Source: Pristiophorus japonicus
Lineage: Eukaryota
NCBI RefSeq assembly: GCF_044704955.1
Contig: NC_091989.1
Coordinates: 134,416,001-134,480,000 of the forward strand
DNA length: 64,000 nt
Direction: 5' to 3'
The notes under the pieces are model-generated. The model was not told the origin of the DNA. It ran no database searches and worked only from the letters and a program-made list of their open reading frames with translations. Positions 27,001 through 38,386 of the stretch are shown here, one piece after another; within the stretch, counting starts at the first letter, position 1; the number at the start of each line of letters is the position of its first letter. The translations under genes and the position numbers were made by a program.

Positions 27001-28614
27001 TCACTGCCCGGCAGATCAAAACCTGGATAAGCCAGGACCCCTTATTATCTCTAGTCAAAAGCTGTGTGCTTCACGGGAGCTGGTCCAGTGTCCCAGTGGA
27101 AATGCAGGAAGAGATAAAGCTGTTCCAGCGGCGCAAAGGTGAAATGTCTATACAGGCAGACTGCCTTCTGTGGGGCAATCGAGTAGTGGTCCCCAAGAAG
27201 GGCAGAGAAACCTTCTTCAATGACCTCCACAATACCCACCCAGGCATCGTAATGATAAAAGCGATAGCCAGATCCCACGTGTGGTGGCCCGGTATCGATG
27301 CGGACTTAGAGTCCTGCGTTCACAGATGTAATACATGCTCGCAGTTAAGCAATGCACCCAGGGAGGCGTCACTAAGTTTATGGTCTTGGCCCTCCAAATC
27401 GTGGTCTAGGGTACACGTCGACTATGCAGGCCCATTCTTGGGTAAAATGTTCCTTGTGATTGTAGACGCGTACTCCAAGTGGATTGAATGTGAGATAATG
27501 TCGGCTAGCACGTCCACTGCCATTACTGAAAGCCTGCGGGCCATGTTTCTCACACACAGCCTACCCGATGACCTGGTGAGTGAAAACGGGCCATGTTTTA
27601 CCAGTGCTGAGTTCAAAGAATTCATAACCCATAATAGGATCAAACATGTCACATCTGCCCCGTTTAAACCAGCGTCCAATGGTCAGGCAGAGAGAGCAGT
27701 GCAAACCATCAAGCAAGGCTTGAAGAGGGTAACTGAAGGCTCACTGCAGACTCGCCTATCCCGATTCCTGCTTAGCTACCGCACGAGACTCCACTCACTC
27801 ACTGGGATCCCACCTGCTGAACTGCTCATGAAAAGAGCACTTAAGACAAGGTTCTCGTTAGTTCACCCAGATCTACATGAACAGATAGAGAGCAGGCGGC
27901 TTCAACAAAGTGCATACCATGATAGCGCAAATGTGTCACGCGAGATTGAAATCAATGATCCTGTATTTGTATTAAATTATGGACAAGGTCCCAAGTGGCT
28001 TCCCGGCACTGTCATGGCCAAAGAGGGGAACAGGGTGTTTCAGGTCAAACTTTCAAATGGACTCATTCACAGGAAATACTTGGACCAAATCAAACTCAGA
28101 TTTACAGACTATCCTGAACAACCCACCTTGGACCCCAACTTTTTTGATCCTCCAACATACACACCAGTGGCAACCGGCACCACGGTTGACCACGAAGCAG
28201 AACCCATTATCCACAGCAGCCCTGCAGGGCCTAACACACCAGGCAGCTCAGCAAGGCCAGCTGCACAACAGCCCAGCGAGGGCCCAACAAATGATTCAAC
28301 AACATCAGCTTTCACACCGAGACGATCAACCAGTGCAAGAATGGCCCCAGATTGACTCACATTGTAAATAGTTACACTTGTGACTTTGCGGGGGGGAAGT
28401 GTTGTTATATATGTGGACTTGTATTTACTCTGTACAGCCACCAGAGGGCTCATCCCCTGGAGTCCCAAGGGATCCCATAATCCCTTGGGAGCACAGGTAT
28501 TTAAGGAGGCTTCACAGGTTGGAGAGGCACTCTGGAGACCTGCAATAAAAGACTACGGTCACACTTTATTTTGAGCTCACAGTGTTCAGTCTTACTCTTT
28601 CTCCATACACTACA
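24061..28614 (+). mobile_element. Ty3/Gypsy (Mag-like) LTR retrotransposon E, full-length
   Basis: 212-bp LTRs 24061-24272 and 28403-28614 (6 differences counted). TSD CTCCT at 24056-24060 and 28615-28619. PBS 'tggcgacgag' at 24275. G-rich PPT before 28403. Confidence 0.97.
24291..28355 (+). pseudogene. Disrupted gag-pol of element E
   Basis: Gag (GILEKFSEGDDWETFVE, MARYRF). Protease ELDMGASQS. RT VVFQDD. RNase H LACDASSYG. Integrase with HHCC, VHVDYAGP and PASNGQAER (open 26898-28355). Confidence 0.93.
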
Positions 28615-28620
28615 CTCCTT

Positions 28621-29792
28621 GGCCCCAAGTTTCCACACGCTGCAAAACAGGCGCCCCTCCGAGATGGGCGCCCGTTTTTCGCGCCGAAAACGGCGGCTGA
28701 AAAAAAAAACTATTCTCGAGCGCTTTGCAGCTCGATGTCAGCTTGGCGCGGCGCCCAGGGGGCGGAGCCAACCACTCACGCCGATTTTGTAAGTAGGAGG
28801 GGGCGGGTACCATTTAAATGAATTTTTTTCGTGCCGGCAACCCTGCGCGTGCACGTTGGAGCGTTCGCGCACGCGCAGTGTGAAGGAAACATTGGCACTC
28901 GGCCATTTTTGTAGTTCTTTGTAGCTGTTCAATTTTTAACATTTTTTAATAAAACCACATTGCCCTTCCATGATCAGCACTGAGGCTTCTTGCAGCAGTG
29001 AGAAGGCTGCAGGAAGCCTCAGAAGTTGAGGCAGCCGTTTCCCAACGGGCCCGACCGACGGCAGGGGGCCTTCCCCCCCTGCCATCGGGAATGGCTGCCT
29101 CAACTTCTGAGGCTTCCTGCAGCCTTCTCCCTGCCTCCCCCCCGCTGCCGTTGGTCGGGCCCTCACTGCCCCCCCCCCCCGCTGCCGTCGGGAACGGCTG
29201 CTGCCGTTGGTCGGGCCCTCACTGCCTCCCCCCCCCCTGCCGTCGGGAACGGCTGCCTCAACTTGTGAGGCTTCCTGCAGCCTTCTCCCTGCCTGAAAGG
29301 CCTGCCTGAAGCACTTTCACACAGGTAGGAACATGGTTTATTTAATCTTTTCTTTGCTTATAAATTTTTATTCAGGTTGGAATTATTTGTATAATATTTG
29401 TATAAGTATAACTAAGGATTGATTGTAGAATTTAATGACTTCCCTTCCCCCCCCCCCCCCCACCCCACTCCCACCTCGTTCCAGACGCCTAATTTGTAAC
29501 CTGCGCCTGATTTTTTAATGTGTAGACAAGGTTTTTTCAGGCCTACAAAAATCTTCACTTGCTCCATTCTAAGTTAGTTTGGAGTACGTTTTCACTGTGG
29601 AAACTTTCAAATCAGGCGTCAGTGGCCGGACACGCCTCCTTTTGAAAAAAAAATTCTGTTCAAAAGTGAAACTGTTCTACATGACTAGAACTGCAGAAAA
29701 CTTAAATGTGGAGAATTGCGATTTCTAAGATACTCCGTTCTCCACCAGTTGCTCCTAAAAATCAGGAGCAAATCATGTGGAAACTTGGGGCC
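28621..29792. mobile_element. Harbinger-type MITE with 17-bp TIRs and internal inverted repeats
   Basis: 'ggccccaagtttccaca' at 28621 and 'tgtggaaacttggggcc' ending 29792. TSD is not clean. Confidence 0.85.
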
Positions 29793-30539
29793 CAAATGTG
29801 GCTCGGTATCAAATTTTGTTTCATAACTCTCCTATGAAGCACCTTGGGACATTTTGCTATGTTAAAGATGCTATACAAATGCAAATTCTTGTTGTTGCAA
29901 CTCTCCATTATTGTGACACTGCACTGGTGTCCAACAACCAATGCCAAAGTGCTCCACTTTTAATCCTGAACAGCTTTCCCTCCTCATGCATCCATATCAT
30001 TATCTTAAATGTATTGTTACCTTCAGAAAATCATTTTGTGTCCTTTATTATTTCCCAATGGATATGTTATACCTGACTTGTCAAGATGTAGTAAGCAAAC
30101 CTTCCTCAAGCTTGAGGATTGGGTTAGGTTTGGCTTTCAAGTTGAATTCAAGTTCTGGAGGAACCATACGGTGCTCCTTTTGTTTCGAGTGCCGTCTGTA
30201 ACTCCCAGTATTTTCACACATGTACTATGCTGTAATCATGTCTCCCATTTCCAACTCCTATTTGCAGCTCTTATGAAGGTTGTGTTAACTTGCGCTTCTT
30301 CCACTAAAACTGACATGTATTTCATGACACTCTGCTGTGCAATAATGATGGCAGCCATAAGTCCTTTTGAACAACCTGACAAGTCTTTTCAAATAAAAAT
30401 TGAAACATGACTGTGACAGTTGTAAATACGACAGATGTCAATGTGAGTTGCAAGATTTGCAAGGAATACAAAGCATAAAAATATTGCTGTTAAATATTAA
30501 TAAAATTCAACTATGAAATATTTCTATTTTTCCTCCCCT

Positions 30540-30880
30540 CCTCTCCTCTCCTGAAGCCAGTGATCCAGGGGTACAGTTCCACAGGTCTCGACAACCCACC
30601 TCTATCTAAGTCAATGGCCATTTTTCAAGTGTGAACCTAGACAGTGAGCATTGGCAAATCAAGGCATAGAGTCACAGTTGAGCCTTGTCCCCACCTGTTG
30701 TCTACAAACATACTTCTAGCAAGAAACATTTGAAAGCAATTATGTCCAACAGCCCTGGCTGATATTTCCCCTCATTATTCCGATATACAGAATCCAAATA
30801 TAGCACTTTCACCACTGCCTCTGTACAGAGTGGGAATTGAACATAAGATGTTCCTTGTTCAGTTTCTACCACACTGAGAC
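30540..30880 (-). mobile_element. Ancient SINE-like repeat; related copies at ~32250-32575 (+) and ~39020-39120
   Basis: The reverse complement of 'ccctggctgatatttcccctc' resembles 'gggaaaggagaaatcagcaagggtt' (~32405). 'ctcctgaag...gggtacagttcca' resembles 39038-39074. Confidence 0.4.
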
Positions 30881-31679
30881 ATCAGCGAAACCCCTCCATC
30901 CTTGTTTCCATTTTCTGATATCCAACCTGCACATGTTCCTATTCACAGTACAAGATTAAAGAATATGAATAATAATTAGTGTGAGCTATTGCAAATAATA
31001 TCATCGTTAAATCTTTAAGGATGCATTTAAACTATGTAATGTCAGTGTGAATCCACTCTCAGGGCATGACGACAAAGGCACAAGTGGAGAGAGACTTTTT
31101 AGATCCAGTGTCAGGACTCGACCTGACACTGGGATGAAGTAAAGTGATACTTACTCCCTGGAGGAGGGGCCTTAACACCTGATTTATTTTAAACAGATTT
31201 AGTGTTAGTGCAAAGCCAAAACCACTTCAATACTAAACTTGTAATGTAAATGCACCCTTAATTACTTTGAGCTTATACATTTTGCCACATCAACTTCTTA
31301 ATGTAAATAGCAGTTGTAAGATTAAATCTGCGCACAAAACTTGAAACCTTAACAACCAGCATGTTACAAAAAGATGTTACTTCGGGAGCGGCTAAAGCAA
31401 TGTAACTGCAAAGAGTCTAACAATTAAAATATCTTTCAATTTCTTAAAAGTGCAATTCTTGGCCTGTTCAATACATGATTGTGAAGAAAGTCTTGGTGCT
31501 ACACATTTATAACTGAAATAACAATCATGGGAGACAATGGATTGATTTAATTTCTCAGTTTCCATTCTACAGTTTGGTTGATTGTACTTCCTATTGCACT
31601 CATTTGCTTCACACTGAACTTCTAGTGGTAAAACAACGGCTTTGGGTGCCACATTCTAAAGAACAACATTTAAGGAAAA

Positions 31680-32145
31680 ATAAAAGTTGCAGTGTTACCA
31701 GGAATGATGGGGTTATAGATATAAAAAGAGACTTAAAACATTCAGAAGAGCTGAGAAAGCTAAAGGGTGACCTGATAACATTTATGAGAAGATTGTTTCT
31801 ATTGCTCGGAGGGACCATAATGAAAGGGCACAAATTTAAAACAATAAAAAAATTTAAAGAGGAGATTAGAAAAATGTCTTCAACCAAAATATGGTTGCAA
31901 TCTGGAATTATAAATTCCATAAATTATTTTCAAAGGGAATTTGATAGTTGTTTGAAACATAATAACTTGCATTTATATAGTATCTTTAATGTTTAAAAAA
32001 AACATAAAAAGAGTAATATCAAAGGGCATGGAGAGCGCGCAAGAGATTCCGATTAGACTAGATGGCTCATGTGGAGAAAACATCAGTATACACTTGATGA
32101 GCCCGATGGCCTATTTCTATGTTGTATTATGCTTTGATTCTTTTA
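31680..32145 (+). mobile_element. Highly degenerate CR1 3' fragment
   Basis: LRKLKGDLITF...GGTIMKGHKFK, followed by a tail 'gcccgatggcctatttctatgttgta'. Confidence 0.55.
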
Positions 32146-32673
32146 TGTTTGATCTCTTTGAAAAGTTACAAGTAATAACACAAAACTATATTGGTCTTAT
32201 TTATATTGTTTAATATATTTTTTTTAATATTGATAATGGTGATGGTGGATAGATTTGGGGATCCCCAAGGGGTCAATGAATAGATGAGCTGCATTGTATG
32301 GTGCCAGCTTGTGCAGATGAGAAAGACTTTGCTTTTAGTTCAATTAGCTGATTTCAGCTATATAAATAGAGAAAGCATTACAATTCTTCAGCTTTACTGT
32401 GCTAGGGAAAGGAGAAATCAGCAAGGGTTTTTACTCTCGACTGCTGTCCAGTTACCACTACTGAGAAATACATGCTTACAAACATCAAGTGAGGAGGGTA
32501 TCAGGATCAACTGTAATGTCCCTCATAGTCAAATAGCATTTCCAAAATCACTTTCTGGGGTCACACATCTATTTATTAACACATTATAAGCACAATAAAC
32601 AACAATTAAAGCTTAAATATTAATTTATTAATTTACAACACAAATAGCTGAAACATTAAAAGCTTCAGATTTA

Positions 32674-33301
32674 GGGGCCCGAAATTCATCAACTCACCGC
32701 CTGCTGCCGCCCACTGCCACCGACATTCCTCGTGAAGATCCGCCCAGTGCTACTTTGGAGGCGGCCTGGTGCGGGCTGGAGCAGGCGGGAGGAGGGAGCC
32801 GCCGGGTACTGCCCGCTGACGTCAGCGGACAGCCGAGTGGCGCAACTGACCTCCCGCCCGCTGAGCTCCCGGATTCTTGCGGGCAGTAGTCGGCGAGACC
32901 TGCCATCAGAACAAGGGTGGGCCGCTGCGAGGAGGCTGGTCTGTCCCCGATGATAAGTCTGAAGAACCTGAAAAAAAGGTGAGTGAACATTTTTTTTTTA
33001 TTCCACAGCGACTTACCTGGATGGGGGTCCCCTGAAGGTCTTCCGATAGTTTTTTTATTTTTTACTGTTGATTTTTTTTTTCAGGTCTTCGACCTTCCGT
33101 GGGCCCGACTCCATCCTCGGCGGCACTTGGGCGTCAAGCACCTCTGGGAATGAGACCTGATTGCCGGCATACGTCGTCCCTTTGCCGCCCGCCGACCTTT
33201 GAGGGATCTCGGCGATGAATATCCCGCCCAAAGTACTGCCAGTACCTCGGCGGCCATCGGCGACACTTGTGCAGGCGGAGGCCTTGATGAAAATCGGCCC
33301 C
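32674..33301. mobile_element. Harbinger MITE (628 bp)
   Basis: TIRs 'ggggcccgaaattcatcaa' and 'ttgatgaaaatcggcccc'. Canonical TTA TSD at 32671-32673 and 33302-33304. Confidence 0.9.
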
Positions 33302-34916
33302 TTACTTTTCCAATGCAGGATTGTGCGTGGGATGCAAAGTGTTGAAGGGCTGCTGGTGCTCTTGGACCACAAGTCAGCAGCTGAAGACGGGAAACGAGAA
33401 AAGGAAAATAAATAGAAAAATGTTGCTGGTGTTGATGATTAGACCACAGGTATTTCTTTTTGCATTCGTTTTAAAATGAAACCACATTTCACGCCTGTTT
33501 CCAGGAAATCACCAAGCTTTTTTTTTTCTTTTTTGGAGTGAAAAAGGCTCTATCAGCACAGATTATATAAAAAAATCATTTAATTTGACTCCTGTGATCT
33601 TTCCTTCTTTGATTTTAGTACATTCTCATTTATCATTCCAGTAGTAATCCAGAACTGGCTACATTTATTTCAAAACAGGTCTGTGTACGATTGTCTCACA
33701 GCGCCACCATGAGGGGAAGAAACACACATGCAAGAGAAGCTTACTTTTAATCATCAATTAAAACAGATTGGAGTGAACAAAGAACCAGTCAATGACTGCT
33801 GACAGTCTCTCCCACAGTACATGTCTCTGAGGATCCAGTAAGGACAATAAAAACTGTAACACACCGATGAATAATCCCATAATTGTCTATACTGTCTATT
33901 AAGTTTTCAATCATTTGAAACACTATCTGTACAATACTGAAAGATTAAATATTACAGTTCAGAATGAAGCCATCATTTAACTGAATTAACTCCAGACATT
34001 CCAACTGAATAGTGGTTTGTTGCCTAGAAATCTTCACCAATTTCCCTCATCTCTATGCAACTCACAGAAAAGCTTGACAGTGACCTGGAAACTCCAATGC
34101 AAATACCCTCTCCTAGAAATGTCCTTCTATGGGCTCAATTTTCCCGGGTCATTTGTGCCATTTTTTCAGGCGTATCTGGAATCTGCGGCGGCGTAACTGC
34201 TTTAGTTACGGTTTTTCTAGGTTAGGTTTTTTTGACGTCATGGAATTCCCTCATGTCTGCGCCAGTTTTCATAATTTTTCACAGATTTTTAATCTTAGGT
34301 CAGCGTATCTGGCCACTCCCGAAAAACCTTCTGGTGAGTTAACAAAAAGCAGCGCACATTGAGATTTCGGCGCTGAAAGACGCCATTGTTTTTCATTGAA
34401 ATGTTTGGAGGGAGTCAAAAACACTTGAAATATCCATAATAAAGTTCAACTTTTTTTACCTTTCAACGGGGTACATGGAAGTTTCTTGGATTTCTGAAGT
34501 TTTAATTTTTTTTTACCCACACATCTTCAAGCAGGGCTGGAGGGTCGTAGCACCGGCCGTCAAAATCGGACCCGCCCCCGGACACAGAGGCTCGGGGCTC
34601 GACTGGAAAACAATCCGGGGGGGGGAGGATGGGGGGGGAAGGTGGTGATCGGAAGGCTGCCACACTGAGCCCCGGGAGGGAGGTGCCGATCGGAAGGCTG
34701 CTGCACTAGGCACAAGATTGCAATGAGTTTGGGGGAGAAAGGGAGAAGTCACAAGACTGCATTGAGTTGTAGTGGGGGGGAGGAGGGGGGTGGGGGAGGA
34801 GAAGTCACAAGACCTGGGTGTGGTCCATCCATACAGACCTTGGGGAGAGAGAACAAAGAACCTGTCCTGCCTGCCTTCCTGCCGTTTTGAGCTTCTTGCA
34901 AAGGTAAAATTCAACT

Positions 34917-36120
34917 ATGGGGGCATTACTGACAATGCCATACCCTGTTCGAGCCTTCTGCATGATGGTGCTACGTAGGAGACAATTGATTCGACTTCAT
35001 AGCATCAGGAACATCAGAGCCCATAGGGTGATGAGCAGGTGGCCTTACCCACGTCGGGTATATCGAGACAGGCGTTCGTACCTGCAGCTGAGTGATGCAG
35101 ACTGTGTCAGAAGGCTGCATTTCCGCAAAGAAGTTGTAACTGAGATCTGTGAGTTGGTGAAAGCAGACCTGCAACCTAGAAGCGTCAGGAGGACTGCTTT
35201 GTCAGTTGAAGTGAAGGTTACAGCTGCACTTTCATTCTATGCCTCCGGATCGTTTCAAGCTACAACTGGAGATTTGTGCGCCATCTCTCAACATGCAACA
35301 CATGGCAGGTGATGGCTGCACCATTTCCCCGGAGGAATGATTACATAAAGTTCCTCATGACCGCCCAGGCAATGCGTGACTGGGCTGTGGGCTTCTCCAG
35401 GATTGCTGGTATTCCAAAGGTACAGGGCTGCATTGATTGTACCCACATCGTCTTGCGAGCACCTTTAGAGGATTCCGAGATGTACAGGAACAGAAAAGGC
35501 TTCCACTCCATTAATGTACAGCTCGTGTGTGACGACATGCATCACATCATGTCAGTCGATACAAGATACCCTGAGAGCACCCATGATGCGCTCATCCTAC
35601 GCGTGAAGTTATATCTGCCATGTTTCAGCAGCAGCCAGAAGGGCAGAGATGGCTACTGGGAGACAAAGGGTACGGCCTCGCCACCTGGCTCATGACGCCC
35701 CTACGCGTAACCCGGACAGAAGCTGACCGGGAATACAACATGTCGCACATTGCGGCACGCAGCTTCATAGAGAGGACCATTGGAATCTTGAAACAGCGTT
35801 TCCGATGCCTGGACAATTCCGGAGGCTACTTGCTATACTCCCCTGAGATTGTCGGTCAGTTCACTGTTGTGTGCTGCTTGCTGCATAACTTAGTCATCAT
35901 GAGGCAGCAGTAGCTGGTAGGAGAAGGCCCACCTGCGGTGAGAGTGGCTGATGATAATGATGAGGAAGATGCAGATGATGAGCAGGAAGACGAGGACGAG
36001 GAAGCCATGGAAGTACCTGAACCTGAAGCACGATGGCGGAGGAGGGCGGGCCATCGTGCCCCTTTAACAATTGCTCAAGCCTTGCGCCAGCAGTTCATCC
36101 GTGAACGCTTTGCGGCCTGA
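34917..36120 (+). pseudogene. HARBI1-like DDE transposase, frameshifted
   Basis: [73 protein letters not shown], and an acidic C-terminus. Confidence 0.93.
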
Positions 36121-36422
36121 AGGCTCAGCGGCAACTATTCCACATGAACCATGTTTGCTGTTTAGACCTGTTCCGTAATGTGTTGTGTTAATGGAACAAA
36201 TGATGAAAATTATTCTTGTTTACTTCAAAAGTTGTGTTAATAATCGAACAAATGATGGAAATGATTCTTCTTGAGTTCCAAAAGTTGTGTTAATAATGAA
36301 ACAAATATTGTAAATTATTCAGTTTTAATGTAAAATATATTTTATTGAAAAGTTTAACAAACAGTTCTTTGTACTTAACTTTAATAAAATTATTCTTGTA
36401 TCAATCTTTAAAGTTTTCAGTT

Positions 36423-36500
36423 ACAATCACTTACAAACTTTAAGATCACTTACAAACTCTAAGATCACTTAAAAACTTTAAGATCACTTACTAACTTTTA
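36423..36500. repeat. 19-bp tandem repeat x4 between the convergent Harbinger genes
   Basis: Unit 'atcacttacaaactttaag'. Confidence 0.85.
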
Positions 36501-36626
36501 AACTTGTAAATTTACATAAATTACAAAAATCTTTTAATTTGAGAACAACAGTTACAACAGTGACAATAATAACAACAACAGTAGCAGCAGCAAAGAAAGG
36601 CTGCATCCATCTCTCCTCAACCTTAT

Positions 36627-38386
36627 TCTAAGACCGCCCGTCACGTTTGTTCTTGGTGACTCCACCCCTGCCCGCAGGCGGTGGCGCAGTGTTTCTAGGG
36701 TTGGTACCAAGCTTATTCTTTCTAACATCTCGGGTAGTGCGCACCTGTTGAGGGAGGGGTGGGGGGTGGGGGGCAGCAGGCGGCAATGTGGATGGTCCAG
36801 GTGGCAACGTGGAGGGCCCGGCTTAGGGTTCTTCAGAGGCTGGTGTTGGGATTGGAGTGGGAGTGGCAGTTGATTCTGTCAATGGGCGCGGGGTCTGGGC
36901 CTGTTCGCTTATGGCAGCAGCTAACTCCAACATGCCGTCCCTCATGCGCCCTGACAGTGTCTCAACGACCTGCAACATTCCCTCCCTCATGTTGAGCAAA
37001 ACTGTCTCAACTACCTGTGACATTCCCTTTCTCATGTTCAGTGATAGTGTTTGCACCATCTCTGACATTCCCTCCCTGATGTTCACTGACAGCGCATCAG
37101 CTACCTGTGACATTCCCTCCCTCATGGTCACTGACATGGTTTCAGCTGACTGAGATATTCCCTCACTCATGGTCCCAGACATCATTCCCATTTCTCGTGA
37201 GAATGTTGTTACTTCTCCCGACAGTCCCGCTACCTCATCACCCACCCCACTGATGGTGTCCAGGAGTGATCGCGTAAGGTCAATGCTCTCCCCACTCATT
37301 GCCGTCATCTGAACCACATCTGTTAGATCCTGCACCTCAGGAGAGCGCGGTCGAGCTCTCCTTCCCCTCCTCCCCACGGGTGTGGCTCGCACCCCACCAC
37401 TGGGACCCACAACCTCGGATGGTGGGAAACCATGGAATATCCCACCAACACTCAAACAACTAATCAGGGAAGGGGCTAGCACCTCAATGAGCGGCACCTG
37501 CACCTCCTCCAAAGTGAGTACAAGAGATGTGGCTTCATCCATCCCCTCCACCTCCCCCTTGATCTCGAAGGTGAGATTGGAAGATGTTCTCCTCTTCAGG
37601 TTCGTTCTCGTCTGAATATTCTTCTGCATCGTCAGGGTTGGCCTCAAGTTCTGCAAAATATAACAGAAGTCAAATGGTTAGCAGCAGGCGAGGGGCGGGG
37701 TGGGTGGCATGAGTAGGCCCACACAGAGCAGGCAGCAGGCTCATTTGAAGGACCACGATGAATGATAGCACATTGCATCAACCGAAGAGTAGCTGATGGA
37801 GACATCCCCATGAAGCGAAGCATGGCTAGCCCATGCAGTACTTAACATTTAGCAAAGCCAGCAGGACTTACCCTCTCCCTCGAGTGTGGGCTCAGCTTGT
37901 GCAGTGGCGGTTCCTTTTCTCCAGGCAGGATCCATCAAAGCAGCGATCCTCTCTTCCAAGGGTGTCAGTGGCTGCAAATTTGCCAGGCCTCCTCCTGTTC
38001 GAGTTCTTTCCCTTTTATTATGTGCCACCTTCCTCTGTAAAGATGAAAATGCAACTTTTTAGAGAGGGTTTCTTTCTGCTGGGTGGGACATATACAGCTG
38101 GGCTCATTTACAATTGCAATTCCATTGAATAAATGAAAATATTACTTACACTAACTACTTGACCAAGGTCCTGCCACTTCTTTTTGCACTGACCTCCACA
38201 TCTCGTGGTGGCTACCATTGCGCAGTAATCTTCTGCAACTTGGTTCCAGCGTTTCTTCATTTCATTGGGTGGAACTTTTATGTGACCTCTGCTGGTGTCC
38301 AGCTCCTGCCATCTGATCTCAATCACTGTAACTAGTGCCTCCACTGCATTCTGTAAGAAATTCTTGGTCCTTGCACCGTGTTGCAT
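36627..38386 (-). pseudogene. Harbinger Myb/SANT-like partner gene, 3 exons (38386-38150, 38034-37872, 37650-~36627)
   Basis: Exon 1 reads MQHGARTKNFLQNAVEALV...KKRWNQVAE...QCKKKWQDLGQVVS with a gtaagt donor. Exon 2 reads RKVAHNKRERTRTGGG with a gtaagt donor. Acceptors tttacag and tttgcag. Exon 3 has a frameshift and a stop at 36823. Confidence 0.88.
36915..37170 (-). repeat. 45-bp coding tandem repeat, about 6 copies (15 aa each)
   Basis: 'acattccctccctcatg'-like words recur every 45 bp. Protein units resemble MREGMSQVADALSVN. Confidence 0.9.

Larger units (their letters stand above)
23825..29900 (+). mobile_element. L2-like 3' end (23825-24060 and ~29796-29900) split by LTR element E and a MITE
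   Basis: Joining the two halves gives '...aatacctcct|...atgtggctcggtatcaaatt...aagcaccttgggacattttgctatgttaaagatgctatac', collinear with the uninterrupted copy at 4005-4190. Confidence 0.75.

Noticed and set aside
8631-33301. CpG-rich blocks (8631, 22696, 28621, 32674) as promoters or bacterial transfers
   Set aside because: Most are bounded by TIRs (two also by 3-bp TSDs) and have no credible ORF. They are MITEs or MITE fragments.
36423-37170. CRISPR-like arrays (19-bp and 45-bp repeats)
   Set aside because: Contiguous tandem repeats with no unique spacers, no cas genes, and a vertebrate context.
34917-38386. Domesticated HARBI1 or NAIF1 host genes
   Set aside because: The genes lie between TIRs, occur as several divergent copies and carry stops and frameshifts, so they are transposon copies.
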